Shown here: one piece after another, positions 38,281 to 47,809 of the stretch
How positions within the stretch are numbered: the stretch's first letter is position 1
How the letters are laid out: every line of letters begins with the position of its first letter
Assembly: GCA_040880525.1 (NCBI GenBank)
Contig: JBBDIG010000045.1
Coordinates: 9,266 to 73,265, forward strand
Direction: 5' to 3'
Length of the DNA: 64,000 nucleotides
Source of the DNA: Bacteroidia bacterium
GTDB taxonomy: Bacteria; Bacteroidota; Bacteroidia; CAILMK01; JBBDIG01
Translations under genes and position numbers: made by a program
The notes under the pieces: generated by a model
What the model was told of the DNA's origin: nothing
Databases searched by the model: none
What the model saw: only the letters and a program-made list of their open reading frames with translations

Positions 38281-41200
38281 ATGAAAGATAATTATCAACT
38301 CCTGATAGAGAAGCTGGATCGCTTCATCAGAAAATATTACCTGAACCAGATCATTAAAGGCGCCATCTATGTGCTGGGCATTTCGGTGCTGCTATTCCTG
38401 CTGGTAGCCGCATTCGAATATTTCGGAGAATATTCCACTGCCGTTCGTACCGGCCTGTTTTACAGCTATCTTCTGGTGAATATCGCGATCCTTGTAAAAT
38501 ATGTGGCAATCCCCGCAGCGCACTGGATGCACTTGGGAAAAGTCCTGAGCCACGACCAGGCAGCCGCCATTGTAGGAAAGCATTTTGCGGAAGTAAAAGA
38601 TAAGCTGCTGAATACGCTGCAGTTGAAGCATCAGGCGGAGACCTTGCACGATCCTTCGCAGCAGTCTTTGATCAATGCCAGCATTGCCCAGCGGACGCGT
38701 GAGTTGCAGCCCGTTCCATTCACCAATGCCATTGACCTCCGCGGAAATACCCGCTACCTGAAATATGCCTTGATTCCTGTGGTGGCGCTACTGGCCATCC
38801 TGATAACATCCCGGAATATGCTCCTGGAGAGTACCACGCGGCTCATTAATCACCAAACCTATTATGAGCCGGTCGCTCCCTTTGAATTTGTCCTAGCCAA
38901 CGATTCCATGCAGGCGCTTCGCCAGGAGAACTTCACGGTGAAGTTGCGCCTCAAAGGCAAAGAAATTCCCAACCAGAGTTACATCGTACTTAATGGAAAC
39001 CAGTTCCGCATGACCCGCGTGGACAAGATGAATTTTGAATTTGTACTAAAAAACCTTCAGGAAGACCAAGAATTTCAGTTTGGCGCAGACGGTTTTATTT
39101 CCAGGCCGTACCAGTTAAAAGTACTGCCGAAACCTCTGCTACAGGGATTTACCCTGAGCCTGGATTACCCGGATTATGTAGGAAAAAAGGATGAGCAACT
39201 AAAAAATGTGGGAGACCTGAACATTCCTGCGGGAACCAGCGTGAGATGGGAGTTCAACACAGCATTTACCAACAACCTGAGCCTTATTTTCAGCGATACT
39301 GCCCTGGCCACCAAACGCACAGGCGAAAACGAATTCCGGTTTGATAAACGCTTTTTGAGGAATGACCAATATTTTGTGAAAGCCGATAATGAATACCTTC
39401 AAAGCAGCGATTCCATTTTATATCATGTAAATGTAATTCCGGATGCATATCCTGCTATCAATGTGCAGCAGGAGCAGGATTCATTGAGCAACAGGCAACT
39501 CTTCTTTTCCGGAGAGATTTCGGACGACTACGGCCTCACGGCCCTGCGCTTTTATTACCGCATTTTCCGTGAAGGTGATAAAGACAGCGAGCCAGAACTG
39601 CAAAGCCGCGACATCAGCTTTTCAGCCAACAAAACCATCCAGGCATTTCATCATTTCTGGGATCTGAATGAATTCGCAATAAAAGCCGGAGATGAAATAG
39701 AATACTTTTTCCAGGTATGGGATAATGATCAGGTGAATGGACGCAAATCGAGCCGGAGTACAATGATGCGCTACCAGGCCCCTACCAAAAAAGAGCTTGA
39801 GCAGAAAATGGATGAAACGAATCAGGAGATAAAAGATAAAATGCAGGCTGCCGTGCGCCAGGTTACGCAATTGCAAAAAGAAATGCAGGATGCCCGGGAG
39901 AAACTCATTAATAAAAAGAACCTGAATTGGGAAGATAAAAAGATGCTGGAGGACATCATGAAGAAGCAGGAAGAGATGCAGAAAACGATGGAAGACCTTC
40001 AGGAGCAATACAAAGAGAACACAAAGGAACAGTCCGACTATCGAGAGATGGATGAGGACCTGATGCAGAAGCATCAGCAGCTTCAGGAAATGTTTGACCA
40101 GGTGATGACAGACGAAATGAAGGAACTCTTCAGGAAGATGGAGGAACTCATGGATAAAAACATGAAGGACCAGATACAGCAGGAACTGGAAAAAATGAAC
40201 CTTCAGGATAAGGATATGGAGAAGGAACTGGACCGGATGCTGGAACTTTTCAAGGAACTGGAACTCGATCAGAAAATGCAGGATGCCATTGACAAGCTCG
40301 AAGAACTGGCCGAAAAGCAGGAGAAACTGGCTGAAGAAACTGAGAAGGCCGGAAATGAAAAGGACGATGAGAAAACGGAGGAGTTGCAAAAGGAGCAGGA
40401 GCAACTGAAAGAAGAATTTGAGGACCTGCAGGAAGACCTGAAGGAAATGAAGGAGATGAACGAGGAACTGGAACGGCCCCGCGATATGGACGATACTGAG
40501 CAGCAGGAGGACGAAATAAAACAGGAAATGCAGGAAGGCAGTGAAAAGATGGAGAAAAAGCAAAACAGCAAGGCTTCAGAAAATCAGAAGAATGCGGCTC
40601 AGAAGATGAAGAAAATGAAGGAGCAGATGGAGAGCTCGCAAAGCAGTATGGAGATGGAGGGCATGCAGGAGGATTACGAATCGCTTCGGCAAATTTTGGA
40701 GAACCTCATCAATCTGAGCATGGAGCAGGAAGGTCTGATGGAAGAGCTTGGACAGATAAGGAGATACAATCCCCAGTTTGTGGAGTTGAGCAAAAAGCAG
40801 AGCAAGCTTAAGGATGATGCCCGCCTGATAGAAGACAGCCTCCTTTCATTGAGCAAACGCGTTTTCCAGATCCAAACATTTGTGAATAAGGAAATAGGGC
40901 TGGTCAATTATAATATGGATAAAACATTGGCGGCTCTCTCGGAGCGCCAGATCCCTTCTGCCCGGAATCACCAGCAATATGTTATGACCTCGGCAAACAA
41001 TCTGGCAGTAATGCTGAGCGAAGTAATGGATCAGATGCAGCAGCAAATGGCCAGCATGATGGAAGGCAGCCAACAGTGTCAGAATCCGAAGAACATGGGT
41101 GAGGGAGGAAAACCTAAGAAAGCTGGAGGCCCCAGCATGAGCAAGATGAAACAACTGCAGGAGCAGCTTAATCAGCAATTGCAGGAGATGAAGGATGGAA

Positions 41201-41643
41201 AGACTCCGGGAGGGCAGCGTGGCATGAGCGAACAACTGGCGCGCATGGCTGCAATGCAGGAGGCAATCAGGAATGAGATCCGCAAAATGAACGAGAAAAA
41301 GGGCAAGGATGGAAAGCCCGGCAGCGAACTTCAGGAATTGCAAAAGATGATGGAAGAAACGGAAAAAGATCTGGTAAATAAACGCCTTAGCAATGAGATG
41401 CTGAACCGCCAGAAAGACATCATGGTGAAACTTCTGGATGCTGAAAAGGCCGAACGCCAGCAGGAATTTGAGGAAAAGCGTGAATCAAAAACGGCAGACC
41501 AGATTGCACAAACCCAGCAACGCGCTCTCGAGGAATACAAGCAGCGCAAACTCAGGGAGGTGGAACTTCTTCAAACCGTACCGCCTGCGCTCAATGGCTA
41601 TTATCGGCTGAAGGTGCGGGAGTATTTCCAGGAGATTAAGTAA
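38281..41643 (+). CDS. giant inner-membrane-anchored protein with ~530-residue charged coiled-coil (TolA-like architecture); uncharacterised
   Basis: 1120 aa. Three hydrophobic segments in the first 180 residues. A ~320-residue beta-rich domain follows, then a K/E/D/Q/M-rich low-complexity helical region (…KEQSDYREMDEDLMQKHQQLQEMFDQVMTDEMKELFRKMEELMDKNMKDQIQQELEKMNLQDKDMEKELDRM…), then Gly/Pro/Lys linkers and a conserved-looking C-terminal 60 residues. Confidence 0.8.
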   Translation: MKDNYQLLIEKLDRFIRKYYLNQIIKGAIYVLGISVLLFLLVAAFEYFGEYSTAVRTGLFYSYLLVNIAILVKYVAIPAAHWMHLGKVLSHDQAAAIVGKHFAEVKDKLLNTLQLKHQAETLHDPSQQSLINASIAQRTRELQPVPFTNAIDLRGNTRYLKYALIPVVALLAILITSRNMLLESTTRLINHQTYYEPVAPFEFVLANDSMQALRQENFTVKLRLKGKEIPNQSYIVLNGNQFRMTRVDKMNFEFVLKNLQEDQEFQFGADGFISRPYQLKVLPKPLLQGFTLSLDYPDYVGKKDEQLKNVGDLNIPAGTSVRWEFNTAFTNNLSLIFSDTALATKRTGENEFRFDKRFLRNDQYFVKADNEYLQSSDSILYHVNVIPDAYPAINVQQEQDSLSNRQLFFSGEISDDYGLTALRFYYRIFREGDKDSEPELQSRDISFSANKTIQAFHHFWDLNEFAIKAGDEIEYFFQVWDNDQVNGRKSSRSTMMRYQAPTKKELEQKMDETNQEIKDKMQAAVRQVTQLQKEMQDAREKLINKKNLNWEDKKMLEDIMKKQEEMQKTMEDLQEQYKENTKEQSDYREMDEDLMQKHQQLQEMFDQVMTDEMKELFRKMEELMDKNMKDQIQQELEKMNLQDKDMEKELDRMLELFKELELDQKMQDAIDKLEELAEKQEKLAEETEKAGNEKDDEKTEELQKEQEQLKEEFEDLQEDLKEMKEMNEELERPRDMDDTEQQEDEIKQEMQEGSEKMEKKQNSKASENQKNAAQKMKKMKEQMESSQSSMEMEGMQEDYESLRQILENLINLSMEQEGLMEELGQIRRYNPQFVELSKKQSKLKDDARLIEDSLLSLSKRVFQIQTFVNKEIGLVNYNMDKTLAALSERQIPSARNHQQYVMTSANNLAVMLSEVMDQMQQQMASMMEGSQQCQNPKNMGEGGKPKKAGGPSMSKMKQLQEQLNQQLQEMKDGKTPGGQRGMSEQLARMAAMQEAIRNEIRKMNEKKGKDGKPGSELQELQKMMEETEKDLVNKRLSNEMLNRQKDIMVKLLDAEKAERQQEFEEKRESKTADQIAQTQQRALEEYKQRKLREVELLQTVPPALNGYYRLKVREYFQEIK
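39781..41400 (+). repeat. low-complexity K/E/M/Q-rich coding region (degenerate heptad-like repeats)
   Basis: Strong purine (aag/gag/atg/cag) codon bias over ~1.6 kb. It also generates long spurious antisense ORFs on the minus strand. Confidence 0.7.
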
Positions 41644-41777
41644 TAAGATAATTCCCGTAATTGACGAAAACAGAGAATTCGGACGGGCCGTATTCCCCAG
41701 TTTATAAAAAATTAAGTTAATCCGGATTTAATCCCTGAATATTTAAATTTTAATATTAACCGGACACCCGCGCATTT

Positions 41778-43988
41778 GTGCCACCTTGCACCTGCTGCAC
41801 CTTCATTGAATATCTAAAAGAATATGGCAAATTTGCCGTTCTACCCATTTTTCACAATCCAGCTCACATCTCCTTGGACTTCAGCCTGAAATTAGAATAC
41901 CCTGCTTACTTCATCATTTTCTGCTTAATAGCCGGGGCGGGGATTGCTTTCCTAACTTATCACAATAGCCAGTTCAGCAAAAATGGCATGTGGAAATATC
42001 CCACCTTCCTGCTGATCCTGTTGCGCTTCCTCAGCGTAACGATGCTGACCATATTCCTTCTTTCGCCTTTTATCAGAACCGCCTTCAAGAGTGTTGAGGA
42101 ACCTGTAATTGCGGTGGCAATAGACAACAGCCAATCCATTCTGCTGAATAAGGATTCACTGGAATACAAGCAACAATTGAGGCAGCGTATCACCGAAGTG
42201 GCCGGGGCATTGGGGCAAGACTACAAGGTGGATATCTATACTTTCGGAGACCGGGCCACTCCGGGCGATGACCTTGACTTTTCCGAACCGGCCACCAATT
42301 ATTCGCAATTGTTCCGGGAAATGCAGGACCGCTATACCAATCAGAATTTGGGTGCGGTAATACTCGCCACGGACGGCATCTATAATCAAGGTGTGAATCC
42401 GCTTTTTTCATCCCGGCCCAACGTGCCCATTTATACGCTGGCACTTGGCGATACAATTCCTCCGCGCGATCTCGTGCTCCGCGATGTGCGGCACAATGAC
42501 ATTGTTTACCAGGGAAATGAATTTCCGATCCAGATCGAAACAGGGGCCACGGAACTGGCTGGAGCCAACGCTACGCTCACCATTACGCACGAGGGCAAAA
42601 CAGTCCACAGCAGCCAATTTGAAATAGAAGATGATGATTTCAGAATAGAAGAAAATGTCTTTCTTCAGGCAAATGAGCCGGGCGTGCAGAAATACACCCT
42701 GAGGTTGACACCACAGGAAGGTGAGATCAGTTTGCGCAACAATAGCCAGGATATCTTCATAGAAGTGCTGGACAGCCGGAAAGCCATCCTGTTGCTGGCC
42801 GCTGCACCGCATCCTGACATTGCAGCGCTCAGAAAACTCATAGCCGTGAATGAGCGCTATGAAGTGGAAACTGCGGTGCTGCGCGATTTTATGCAGGCGG
42901 GGCCAGTCTCGGCTGAATCGCTGGGGAAATACCACATGGTAATCCTTCACCAGCTTCCTGACGGAGGCGCAGAAGGCCAGCGCCTTATCTCCATGCTGAA
43001 TGAAGAGAAGGTTCCTATGCTGCTCGTACTCGGTACAAAAACGAATTTCGGACAGTTGAATAATCTCGATCTCGGAATAGAAATATCGCCAGGCGGACGA
43101 AGCACCAACGAAGTTTTGCCCAGAATAAATGATGATTTCGATCTGTTTATGCTGTCAAGAGAATCGGTTTCCTTAATCCGGGACATGCCTCCCCTCATCA
43201 GCACGTATGGTAATTATCGCTTTACAGGAGATAACCAGGTGTTGCTGCATCAGCAAATTGGCCAGGTGGAAACAGCCTTGCCTTTAATGGCGTTTATGCC
43301 GGCAGGGACAGCAAAGACAGGCGTTATTGCGGGTGAAGGAATATGGCGCTGGTATCTTCATAATTTTCTGGAAACAGGCAATCATAAAGCGATGGAGGAA
43401 TTGCTGAGCAAAACCATCCAATATCTTTCGCTGAGAGCTGATAAACGCTTCTTCAGGTTACAACCCGCGAAGAATATATTCTTTGAGAATGAAGCCGTGC
43501 GGTTTGAAGCCGAGGTTTACAATCAATCCTATGAGCCTGTTCAGGATGCCCAGGTGAGGTTGACACTCCGCGACACTGCCGGTAATGAATACAATTATGC
43601 ATTTGTCCCTGCCCGGAACCGCTATTCCCTGAATGCGGGTTATCTGCCTGCAGGAAGTTATGATTATACAGGTTCAGTCAATGTTGGGAATCAGAGCTAT
43701 AGCCTGAGTGGACAGATCGTGGTAAAATCAACAGGGCTGGAATATCTGCAAACCGTAGCCAACCACCGGCTCCTCTTTGGCCTTTCTGAAGAAAGCGGAG
43801 GTAACATATTCTGGCCGGGGCAGGAGCAGCAATTGCTGGAAGCGATTCAACAGCGCGAAGACCTAGCAGCCATCAGCTATGTACAGTTCGACCTGCGGGA
43901 GCTCATCAACCTCAAGGTATTCTTCTTTATTCTCCTCCTGCTATTGGCTGCTGAATGGTTTCTCAGGAAGTATTATGGAAGCTATTAA
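41778..43988 (+). CDS. double-TM N-terminal + von Willebrand factor A (MIDAS) domain protein with C-terminal TM anchor (BatA-like N-terminus, extended)
   Basis: Two N-terminal TM helices (YFIIFCLIAGAGIAFLTY, TFLLILLRFLSVTMLTIFLLSPF), then AVAIDNSQSIL (DxSxS MIDAS motif). A ~450-residue region of unknown fold follows, then a C-terminal hydrophobic anchor VFFFILLLLLAAEWFL. The true start may be an internal ATG. Confidence 0.8.
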   Translation: MPPCTCCTFIEYLKEYGKFAVLPIFHNPAHISLDFSLKLEYPAYFIIFCLIAGAGIAFLTYHNSQFSKNGMWKYPTFLLILLRFLSVTMLTIFLLSPFIRTAFKSVEEPVIAVAIDNSQSILLNKDSLEYKQQLRQRITEVAGALGQDYKVDIYTFGDRATPGDDLDFSEPATNYSQLFREMQDRYTNQNLGAVILATDGIYNQGVNPLFSSRPNVPIYTLALGDTIPPRDLVLRDVRHNDIVYQGNEFPIQIETGATELAGANATLTITHEGKTVHSSQFEIEDDDFRIEENVFLQANEPGVQKYTLRLTPQEGEISLRNNSQDIFIEVLDSRKAILLLAAAPHPDIAALRKLIAVNERYEVETAVLRDFMQAGPVSAESLGKYHMVILHQLPDGGAEGQRLISMLNEEKVPMLLVLGTKTNFGQLNNLDLGIEISPGGRSTNEVLPRINDDFDLFMLSRESVSLIRDMPPLISTYGNYRFTGDNQVLLHQQIGQVETALPLMAFMPAGTAKTGVIAGEGIWRWYLHNFLETGNHKAMEELLSKTIQYLSLRADKRFFRLQPAKNIFFENEAVRFEAEVYNQSYEPVQDAQVRLTLRDTAGNEYNYAFVPARNRYSLNAGYLPAGSYDYTGSVNVGNQSYSLSGQIVVKSTGLEYLQTVANHRLLFGLSEESGGNIFWPGQEQQLLEAIQQREDLAAISYVQFDLRELINLKVFFFILLLLLAAEWFLRKYYGSY

Positions 43989-46900
43989 GCCAAAAAAATA
44001 TGATAGCCGGGTTTTACATGAATCCCTGAAAACACGGATCCGGCAAGGCAACCTGAGCCTTATTTTTACGCTTCGTCTGTTCCTCTTTCCGCTTGCGGTA
44101 TTACTTCCTGTAACTGCCTGGTCACAAATTGCCAATTCCGTATTCGAAAAAAACCGGCTGCAATACAAGCAACTGGAATGGAACTTCTTGCCAGGCGAGC
44201 GATTTGATATTTACTTTACAGAAGGGGGCGAGCACCTGGCCAAATATGCAATGCAGGAAGTTCCTGTTCAATTGGAAGAAGCGCAAGTACTATTCGATTA
44301 TCGCACGGTGAATAAGTTCCGGATTCTTATTTATAATTCCTATGCTGAATTTGAGCAAACCAATCTTTTTCCAAGATGGGAAGATGACAACATAGGCGGA
44401 TACATTGATATGGAAGTGCTGAAAGGCGTGGTTTACTTTACCGGAAATCATGAAGAATTCAGAATACAACTCAAGGCTGTAGTAGCGCGTATGGTGCTGA
44501 ACGACTGGCTTTATGGCGGCAGCATTCAGGATATTCTGCAGAATTCCACGCTCATTAATCTGCCGGATTGGTATGTGAACGGGCTGGTACAATTTGCTGC
44601 GGAAGGCTGGCCGGTTCAAAAGGATGTGCAGTTGAAAGAAGGCATCCTGTCAGGCAGATTCAAGGATTTCAATAGGTTGCGGCCGCACGAGCAGGACCTT
44701 GTGGGCCAGTCTCTTTGGAACTATCTGGCGCAGCAGTACGGCCTGCAGCAAGTAGCCGGCATCCTTTATTATATGAGGACGAATAAGAATATGGAAGCCG
44801 GTTTTGTCTTTGAAATAGGAAAACGACTTGAATCCCTTTACAACGAATGGTACCTGCACAATCAATGGCAATACCGGAAATATCCTGAGATAGAAATGCC
44901 ACGGGAAACGGCTCTTCCCCAGCGCTTCAATAAACTGAATGTAGAAGCAGTGCGGGCTCATCCCACAGAAGAAGTGGTAGCATTTACAGTCAACCATCAT
45001 GGCGCGCTGGAAGTGTGGCTTATGGACTTCAGGATGCGCCATTTTGAACGAATATTTAAAAGCGGCTTCAGGATTAAGTCCAGCTATGAACCGGCCGTTT
45101 TACCGGCCATGGATTGGAACCCGGACGGATCAAGGCTATCAATCACATACCTGGAAAAAGGGAAACCCGCCCTGGTTAATTATGATTTCACTCAAAAAAA
45201 ATTACAAAAGGATAAAGAAGCGCTGACAGGGCTGGATCAGGTCCTTTCTGTTTGTTACCTGCCGGCTGGCGACCAACTGATGATGAGCGCCATCAGCCAG
45301 GGACAGAGCGACCTGTTTATCTATGACATGGCTTTCAGGGAATTGACGCGGATCACCAACGATATTTATGATGATCTCCAGCCTGCTGTGAATTCTGACG
45401 GGCGGGTGCTCTTTTTATCGAATCGTAAAGAAGAGCAATCTGCGGAAGGTGAAGATTCGCTTCAGTTTACAGCGCTGAATATTTTTGAGCTTTTAGTAAA
45501 TGATGAAGAACCGGAAATTCACCGGGTAGCTTTTCACGGACCGCAAGACGTGCAACAGCTTCGCTGGATCTCCGATTCTACGGTGGCGTATATTACGAGT
45601 GAAAGCGGAATCAGGAATCGCAACATTGCCATTCTCCCGTCCTTCGGCAGTACAGCGGATACGGCTGCCATCATCCGGCAAACCAACTACAGCAGCAACA
45701 TCAAGAACCATGATGTGGATGAAAGCAATCAGGTTTTCTACGACCTGTGGCGCAACGATGCCGGATATTACATCTCTTCCTCGCAGGTGCCTGAGTTTCC
45801 TTTGCAAACCACCATCAGGCGAAAGTTGACCCCACTTGCCTCAGAACCGGTTTCTCCTGAGCAATTTATGCCGGAAAAAACAGTATTAGACAGCGGCATT
45901 ATTGATTCCTCCGCGATTGATACGCCTGCCGCTGCTTCGGACGTCTATTTTCAAACCCGGTTTCTCTGGACAGAACAACAATGGAAGGAATACATGCGGC
46001 AAAGGGCAGAAAATCCCAGGCAGGAAACCCCGCCTGTTCCTATGGGAACAACTGATTATTCGCTGACTTTCTCGCCTCTTTATTTGCTTTTGCAGGTAAA
46101 TAACAGCGTCTTCTACAACCGGTACATCACTTTTCTGGGCAGGCGGGACTTCCTGTATGACCGGCCATGGGATATGCTGATGGAATTTGCGCTCACTGAT
46201 GTTCCCGGCAACCACCGCATTGCCGGAGGTGTGCGCATCGCGGCTGATTTTAATGAACTGGATTATTTTATGGATTATGCCTACCTCAAGGGCCGGCTTG
46301 ACAAAACCCTGAGTTTTCTCAGAAAAACCGAAAAGCTGGCCACACAGGAATTGGCAACCAAAGAAACCCTGCAGGAACTCCGCCTGACGCTGGACTATCC
46401 GCTCAACAGGATCATGAATTTACAGGCCGCTCCTTTTTTCCGTCTGGATCGTACCATTCCAAGAACTACCGGACCAGCCTCTGCGGAAGCTCCTATCGTG
46501 TCCCGCGCTTTTGCCGGAACCCGTTTTCAGTTTGCCTATAATAATGCTTATCCCCGCGCCCTGAATTTATATGAAGGTATACGATTCAGGGCATGGACCG
46601 ATATTTTTCAAGGACTGAATGCGGACAACGGTATTTTGGCAGTGCCGGGTTTTGAAGTAAGAACTTATTTCACACTTCCGGCCAGCATATCCTGGGCATC
46701 GCGGCTTACAATGGAAACTTCGCTGGGCAGGCAGCGGGTGGCATTTTACCTGGGAGGTATAGATAACTGGCTCTATCCGAGTTTTAATAGAGACATCGGA
46801 ACGGATGAAGACGAGGAATATCTTTTTAAAGTCCTGGCCCCCACTCTGCGGGGTTTTGAGCAAAACATCAGGAACGGAAGCTCCTATGGTGTATTAAATA

Positions 46901-47238
46901 CCGAGTTGCGATTTCCGGTTTTTAAGATGCTCAATGCCAAACCCATCCGGTCAGAGTTTACGGAGAATTTTCAGGTGGTACTTTTTGGAGATGCGGGTAC
47001 AGCATGGTCCGGGGATGAAATATTGCGCGGCAGCTACCTGGTTCCATTGCCTTCTCTCGATTTGCCTCCGCTCTACGCCACAGTAGATGCTATTCGACAG
47101 CCCATCGTGCAGGGAGTGGGTTTCGGTTTTCGCAGTATTTTGCTCGGCTACTTCGTAAAAGCTGATCTCGCATGGGGTATAGAAGACGGACTTTTCCAGG
47201 AAAGGATTTTATATATTTCGCTGGGCCTGGATTTTTAG
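43975..47238 (+). CDS. secreted/outer-membrane protein with TolB-like beta-propeller repeats and C-terminal beta-barrel signature; uncharacterised
   Basis: Start at ATG 43975 (MEAIKPKKYD...) overlapping the upstream stop. Signal-peptide-like LFLFPLAVLLPVTAWSQ. WD40/TolB-like segments (NPDGSRLSITYLEKGKPALVNYDF; SDLFIYDMAFRELTRITNDIYDDLQPAVNSDGRVLFLSNR). C-terminal …ILYISLGLDF ending in Phe, as in Omp85/OMP barrels. Confidence 0.75.
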   Translation: MEAIKPKKYDSRVLHESLKTRIRQGNLSLIFTLRLFLFPLAVLLPVTAWSQIANSVFEKNRLQYKQLEWNFLPGERFDIYFTEGGEHLAKYAMQEVPVQLEEAQVLFDYRTVNKFRILIYNSYAEFEQTNLFPRWEDDNIGGYIDMEVLKGVVYFTGNHEEFRIQLKAVVARMVLNDWLYGGSIQDILQNSTLINLPDWYVNGLVQFAAEGWPVQKDVQLKEGILSGRFKDFNRLRPHEQDLVGQSLWNYLAQQYGLQQVAGILYYMRTNKNMEAGFVFEIGKRLESLYNEWYLHNQWQYRKYPEIEMPRETALPQRFNKLNVEAVRAHPTEEVVAFTVNHHGALEVWLMDFRMRHFERIFKSGFRIKSSYEPAVLPAMDWNPDGSRLSITYLEKGKPALVNYDFTQKKLQKDKEALTGLDQVLSVCYLPAGDQLMMSAISQGQSDLFIYDMAFRELTRITNDIYDDLQPAVNSDGRVLFLSNRKEEQSAEGEDSLQFTALNIFELLVNDEEPEIHRVAFHGPQDVQQLRWISDSTVAYITSESGIRNRNIAILPSFGSTADTAAIIRQTNYSSNIKNHDVDESNQVFYDLWRNDAGYYISSSQVPEFPLQTTIRRKLTPLASEPVSPEQFMPEKTVLDSGIIDSSAIDTPAAASDVYFQTRFLWTEQQWKEYMRQRAENPRQETPPVPMGTTDYSLTFSPLYLLLQVNNSVFYNRYITFLGRRDFLYDRPWDMLMEFALTDVPGNHRIAGGVRIAADFNELDYFMDYAYLKGRLDKTLSFLRKTEKLATQELATKETLQELRLTLDYPLNRIMNLQAAPFFRLDRTIPRTTGPASAEAPIVSRAFAGTRFQFAYNNAYPRALNLYEGIRFRAWTDIFQGLNADNGILAVPGFEVRTYFTLPASISWASRLTMETSLGRQRVAFYLGGIDNWLYPSFNRDIGTDEDEEYLFKVLAPTLRGFEQNIRNGSSYGVLNTELRFPVFKMLNAKPIRSEFTENFQVVLFGDAGTAWSGDEILRGSYLVPLPSLDLPPLYATVDAIRQPIVQGVGFGFRSILLGYFVKADLAWGIEDGLFQERILYISLGLDF

Positions 47239-47278
47239 GAAGAAAGAAATTTGGGGTTACAGCCACTTTGGGGCTGCC

Positions 47279-47809
47279 TTAAAATTTTGAAAATCCCAGT
47301 TGCCCGCCCTGCTTGGGCGTAGACAGTTCTTCTTTCAACTGTAACATTTGCAGAGCCGCCAAAGCAGCTTCCTCGCCTTTGTTGCCGTGCTTCCCGCCTG
47401 CCCGCTCTGTCGCCTGCTCCATAGTATCTACCGTCAGGACGCCAAAAATAAACGGCTTGTTGTGGACACTGCTGAGTTGCATTATGTGATTGGCGACAGC
47501 ATCGCAGATATAGTGGAAATGAGGCGTTTCGCCTTTAACGACACAGCCAATGCAGATCACTGCATCAGCCTTCGCAAATTTGGAAAGATAATACGCTCCG
47601 AGCGGAAGCTCAAAAGAACCGGGTACACTTCTTTTCGTGATATTGGCTTCAGGAATGCCAAATTCGGAAAGGATTTTTTCCGCTCCCGTAACCAGGGAAT
47701 TAATGATTTCCTCGTGCCATTGAGCGTAGACGATCCCGAATTTTTTTTCCTTTATTTTCGGAAGTAAACCAGAAGGAGAGAAAGAGCCGGATTGTCCTGC
47801 AGTACTCAT
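47279..47809 (-). CDS. ribH: 6,7-dimethyl-8-ribityllumazine synthase
   Basis: 176 aa. FGIVYAQWHEEIINSL...AVICIGCVVKGETPHFHYICDAV...GVLTVDTMEQATERAG matches the lumazine synthase core. Confidence 0.9.
   Translation of the reverse strand: MSTAGQSGSFSPSGLLPKIKEKKFGIVYAQWHEEIINSLVTGAEKILSEFGIPEANITKRSVPGSFELPLGAYYLSKFAKADAVICIGCVVKGETPHFHYICDAVANHIMQLSSVHNKPFIFGVLTVDTMEQATERAGGKHGNKGEEAALAALQMLQLKEELSTPKQGGQLGFSKF

Noticed and set aside
39622-41549. Long minus-strand ORFs (313, 100, 165 and 72 aa), rich in L/F/H/S/C, antisense to the 1120-aa gene
   Set aside because: They are mirror-image artefacts of the purine-rich low-complexity coding region on the plus strand. Their composition is implausible (poly-Leu/Phe/Ser/Cys) and they have no independent signals.
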